Positions 61,682-64,000 of a stretch of DNA of 64,000 bases are shown piece after piece (within the stretch, counting starts at the first letter, position 1; every line of letters starts with the position of its first letter). This DNA comes from Actinomycetes bacterium. Lineage in GTDB: Bacteria > Actinomycetota > JAICYB01. Below the pieces are notes generated by a model. The model had not been told where the DNA came from. It did no database searches and saw only the letters and a program-made list of their open reading frames with translations. The stretch covers positions 12,688 through 76,687 of the forward strand of contig JAICYB010000004.1 of the NCBI GenBank assembly GCA_025934435.1, written 5' to 3'. A program made the position numbers and the translations under genes.

Positions 61682-61954
61682 TTGCTCGGTCTCCTGGTCA
61701 AACTCTGGCTGTTCATCATCGGCGCCGTCGCCATCCTGCTCGTCGTGCTCAACATCACCGGGGTCTTCAAGCCGGGAACGATCTCGCTGCACAAGCCGGA
61801 CGGGACACCGTGCCAGCGGATCGCCGCCGCCGATGTGAACCATCCACGGATCGCCGAGGTGCGCTGGCTCTGGAACCCGAAGGCGTACGGGTGGGGCTGC
61901 TACTTCGAATACGACATCGGCGACTCCCGGACCGTCGCACCGATGCCGAAGTAG
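61682..61954 (+). CDS. small hypothetical protein with N-terminal TM helix
   Basis: 90-aa ORF; hydrophobic N-terminus LVKLWLFIIGAVAILLVVL. Confidence 0.3.
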   Translation: MLGLLVKLWLFIIGAVAILLVVLNITGVFKPGTISLHKPDGTPCQRIAAADVNHPRIAEVRWLWNPKAYGWGCYFEYDIGDSRTVAPMPK

Positions 61955-61964
61955 CGTCTCGGTC

Positions 61965-62687
61965 GTGAGCGACTGGGACGCCGCCACCTACGACAAGGTC
62001 TCCGATCCGCAAGCGCGGTGGGCGCTCGCGGTCATCGAGCGCATCGAAGGATCGCCCGCGCGCATCCTCGACGCGGGCTGCGGATCCGGACGAGTCACCG
62101 AACTCCTGATCGAGCGCTTCCCGCAAGCGCGCGTCTTCGCCGTCGACGCCTCGCAGGCGATGGTCGAACGAGCGCGGCAGAGGCTCGGCAGCCGGGCCGA
62201 AGTCCTGCAAGGCAACCTGACCGATCCGTTGCACATCGACGCCGTGGATGCCGTCTTCTCGAACGCGGTGTTCCACTGGATCGACGATCACCCGAAGCTG
62301 TTCGCCAACCTGGCCTCGCTGCTGCGTCCCGACGGACAGCTCGTGGCGCAGTGGGGCGGGTTCGGCAACATCGAGAACATGCTCGAAGTGACGCGCCGGC
62401 TCGGCGGCCCGCAGCCGTACGAGCGGAACTTCGCAACGCCGGAGGAAACGAAGCACCGTCTCGAGGTTGCCGGCTTCGGCGACGTACAGGCATGGCTCGA
62501 GCCCGCTCCGACGCAGTTCGACTCCCGGGACGCGTTCGCGACTTACTTGCGTACGGTTTGCCTTCGCGTGCATCTCGATCTGCTGCCGCCGGACGAACAG
62601 GACGCCTACGTCGACGCCGTTGTCGATGCGATGCCGGACCTCCGTATCGATTACGTGCGCCTGAACGCGGTGGCCCGCCGGGCATGA
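61965..62687 (+). CDS. class I SAM-dependent methyltransferase (Tam-like)
   Basis: Motif I ILDAGCGSGRVT; motif II/III spacing; 240 aa. Confidence 0.8.
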   Translation: MSDWDAATYDKVSDPQARWALAVIERIEGSPARILDAGCGSGRVTELLIERFPQARVFAVDASQAMVERARQRLGSRAEVLQGNLTDPLHIDAVDAVFSNAVFHWIDDHPKLFANLASLLRPDGQLVAQWGGFGNIENMLEVTRRLGGPQPYERNFATPEETKHRLEVAGFGDVQAWLEPAPTQFDSRDAFATYLRTVCLRVHLDLLPPDEQDAYVDAVVDAMPDLRIDYVRLNAVARRA

Positions 62688-63979
62688 CCGACCCGCGGCG
62701 CAAGCTTCCGCAGGTCGACCGGCTGGTCGGTGAGCTCGACCATCTGGGTCTGCCACGTCCCGTGGTGGTCGATGCGGTGAGGCGCGTCGTCGACGCGCAG
62801 CGTCGACGAGCGCGCCGGACGAAGCAGGTTCCGTCGGAAGATGAGCTCATCGCGGTGTGCCGCGATGAGCTCATCCGCACCCACCGCAGCGTACTCCGTC
62901 CCGTCATCACCGCGACCGGCGTCCTCCTTCACACGTACCTCGGACGCGCTCCGTTGTCGCACGGCGCGTTCGACGCCGTCGCGACCGTCGCCCGCGGCTA
63001 TTCGAACCTCGAGTTCGATCTCACCGGCGGACGGCGCGGCGATCGTTTCGTCCACGTCGAGCCGATGCTCGCGGCGCTCACGGGGGCCGAAGCGGCTCTC
63101 GTCGTCAACAACAACGCGGCGGCCGTCCTGCTCGTGTGCGCCGCACTCGCATCCGGGAAGGAAGTCGTCATCTCACGCGGAGAGCTCATCGAGATCGGCG
63201 GTTCCTTCCGCATCCCGGACGTCCTCGCGCAGTCCGGCGCGCTCCTCCGCGAGGTCGGTACGACGAACAGGACGCACGTCCGCGATTACGAGCGTGCGGT
63301 CTCGGAGAACACCGCGTTCATCCTGAAGGTGCACCCATCCAACTACCGCGTCGTCGGTTTCACCGCATCGCCGTCGACCGAAGCGCTCGGCAAGCTCGGC
63401 GTCCCCGTCGTGTACGACATCGGGTCAGGACTCTTCGGACGAACCATCGCCGACGAACCCACCATCGACGGTGCGCTCGCGGCCGGCGCGTCGCTCGTCT
63501 GCTTCTCGGGCGACAAGCTCTTCGGCGGGCCACAAGCCGGGATCGTCGTGGGCCGCGCCGACCTCGTGGCGGCGCTCCGCACGCATCCGCTGCTGCGGGC
63601 GCTCCGTCCCGACAAGATGCAGCTCGCGGCGCTGGGCGCGACCGTTGAGTCCTACCTGCGCGACGCCGGCGACATCCCGGTTGCGCGCATGCTCGACGCA
63701 GGCTCCGGCGAGATCGCGGGCCGGGCGCGCAAAGTCATTCGGGGCATCGACGATGCGTCGCTCGTCGACGGCGAGTCGATGACGGGCGGGGGCTCCGTCC
63801 CGGGCGAAGGCATCGCGACGACGTTGATCGCGATCCCCGACGCGAAGCTCGCGGAACGCCTGCGCGACGGCGACCCGCCGATCATCGTGCGCGTCGAGAA
63901 GGGCCGCGTCCTCATCGATCTCAGAACCGTCGATCCCCGCGACGACAAGATCGTCGCGTCCGCGCTCGCTAACCGATAA
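62684..63979 (+). CDS. selA: L-seryl-tRNA(Sec) selenium transferase
   Basis: ATG overlapping the methyltransferase stop (ATGA). SelA hallmarks: YSNLEFDL..G.RG.R, LTGAEAALVVNNNAAA, SRGELIEIGGSFRIP, EVGTTNRT, PLP-Lys in FSGDKLFGGPQAG. The track ORF 62018..63979 is over-extended. Confidence 0.8.
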   Translation: MTDPRRKLPQVDRLVGELDHLGLPRPVVVDAVRRVVDAQRRRARRTKQVPSEDELIAVCRDELIRTHRSVLRPVITATGVLLHTYLGRAPLSHGAFDAVATVARGYSNLEFDLTGGRRGDRFVHVEPMLAALTGAEAALVVNNNAAAVLLVCAALASGKEVVISRGELIEIGGSFRIPDVLAQSGALLREVGTTNRTHVRDYERAVSENTAFILKVHPSNYRVVGFTASPSTEALGKLGVPVVYDIGSGLFGRTIADEPTIDGALAAGASLVCFSGDKLFGGPQAGIVVGRADLVAALRTHPLLRALRPDKMQLAALGATVESYLRDAGDIPVARMLDAGSGEIAGRARKVIRGIDDASLVDGESMTGGGSVPGEGIATTLIAIPDAKLAERLRDGDPPIIVRVEKGRVLIDLRTVDPRDDKIVASALANR

Positions 63980-64000
63980 GCGCGGCGACCCGGGTCTTCG

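Noticed and set aside
62018-63979. 653-aa ORF
   Set aside because: The first ~220 aa are an alternative frame across the SAM-methyltransferase gene. SelA begins at the ATGA junction, 62684.

Overview
High-GC (roughly 65-70%) chromosomal segment, most likely from an actinobacterium. This call rests on a WhiB regulator, an F420-type LLM oxidoreductase, an ECF sigma/anti-sigma pair, a three-gene Sdh/Frd cluster of mycobacterial type and P-II/GlnD nitrogen control. The window is densely coding, with about 60 genes. Most of it is core metabolism: sdhCAB-like, icd, add, mdh, folD, a split MetE-like pair, cysS and selA at the 3' edge. There is a tripled amt-glnK module next to glnD and a TetR plus heterodimeric ABC exporter. 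The standout accessory element is a 9.7-kb gene (22617..32348) for a secreted RHS/YD-repeat polymorphic toxin. Its reconstructed architecture is signal peptide, PA14, YD repeats, PA14, 3x LamG, YD repeats, two unrecognised tandem ~195-aa domains, RHS core with a DPxGL-type site, and a ~95-aa Gly/Ala-rich hydrophobic C-terminal tip. A translationally coupled polytopic membrane protein (32345..32737) follows and is the probable immunity protein. A second unusual locus (6162..10243, minus strand) has a small XRE regulator, a paralogous XRE fused to a class-III nucleotide-cyclase domain, and five paralogous ~200-aa polytopic membrane proteins linked by ATGA/GTGA overlaps. Other notable items are a 157-aa protein made almost entirely of GRKKAT-type basic hexapeptide repeats (18-bp DNA tandem repeats) between glnD and whiB, candidate GlnR-type direct-repeat operators upstream of two amt genes, and several secreted proteins sharing a Pro/Thr linker plus C-terminal hydrophobic anchor. 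No rRNA, tRNA, CRISPR or transposase was recognised. Coordinates follow the supplied ORF track; start codons were re-chosen where the track ORF was clearly over-extended.
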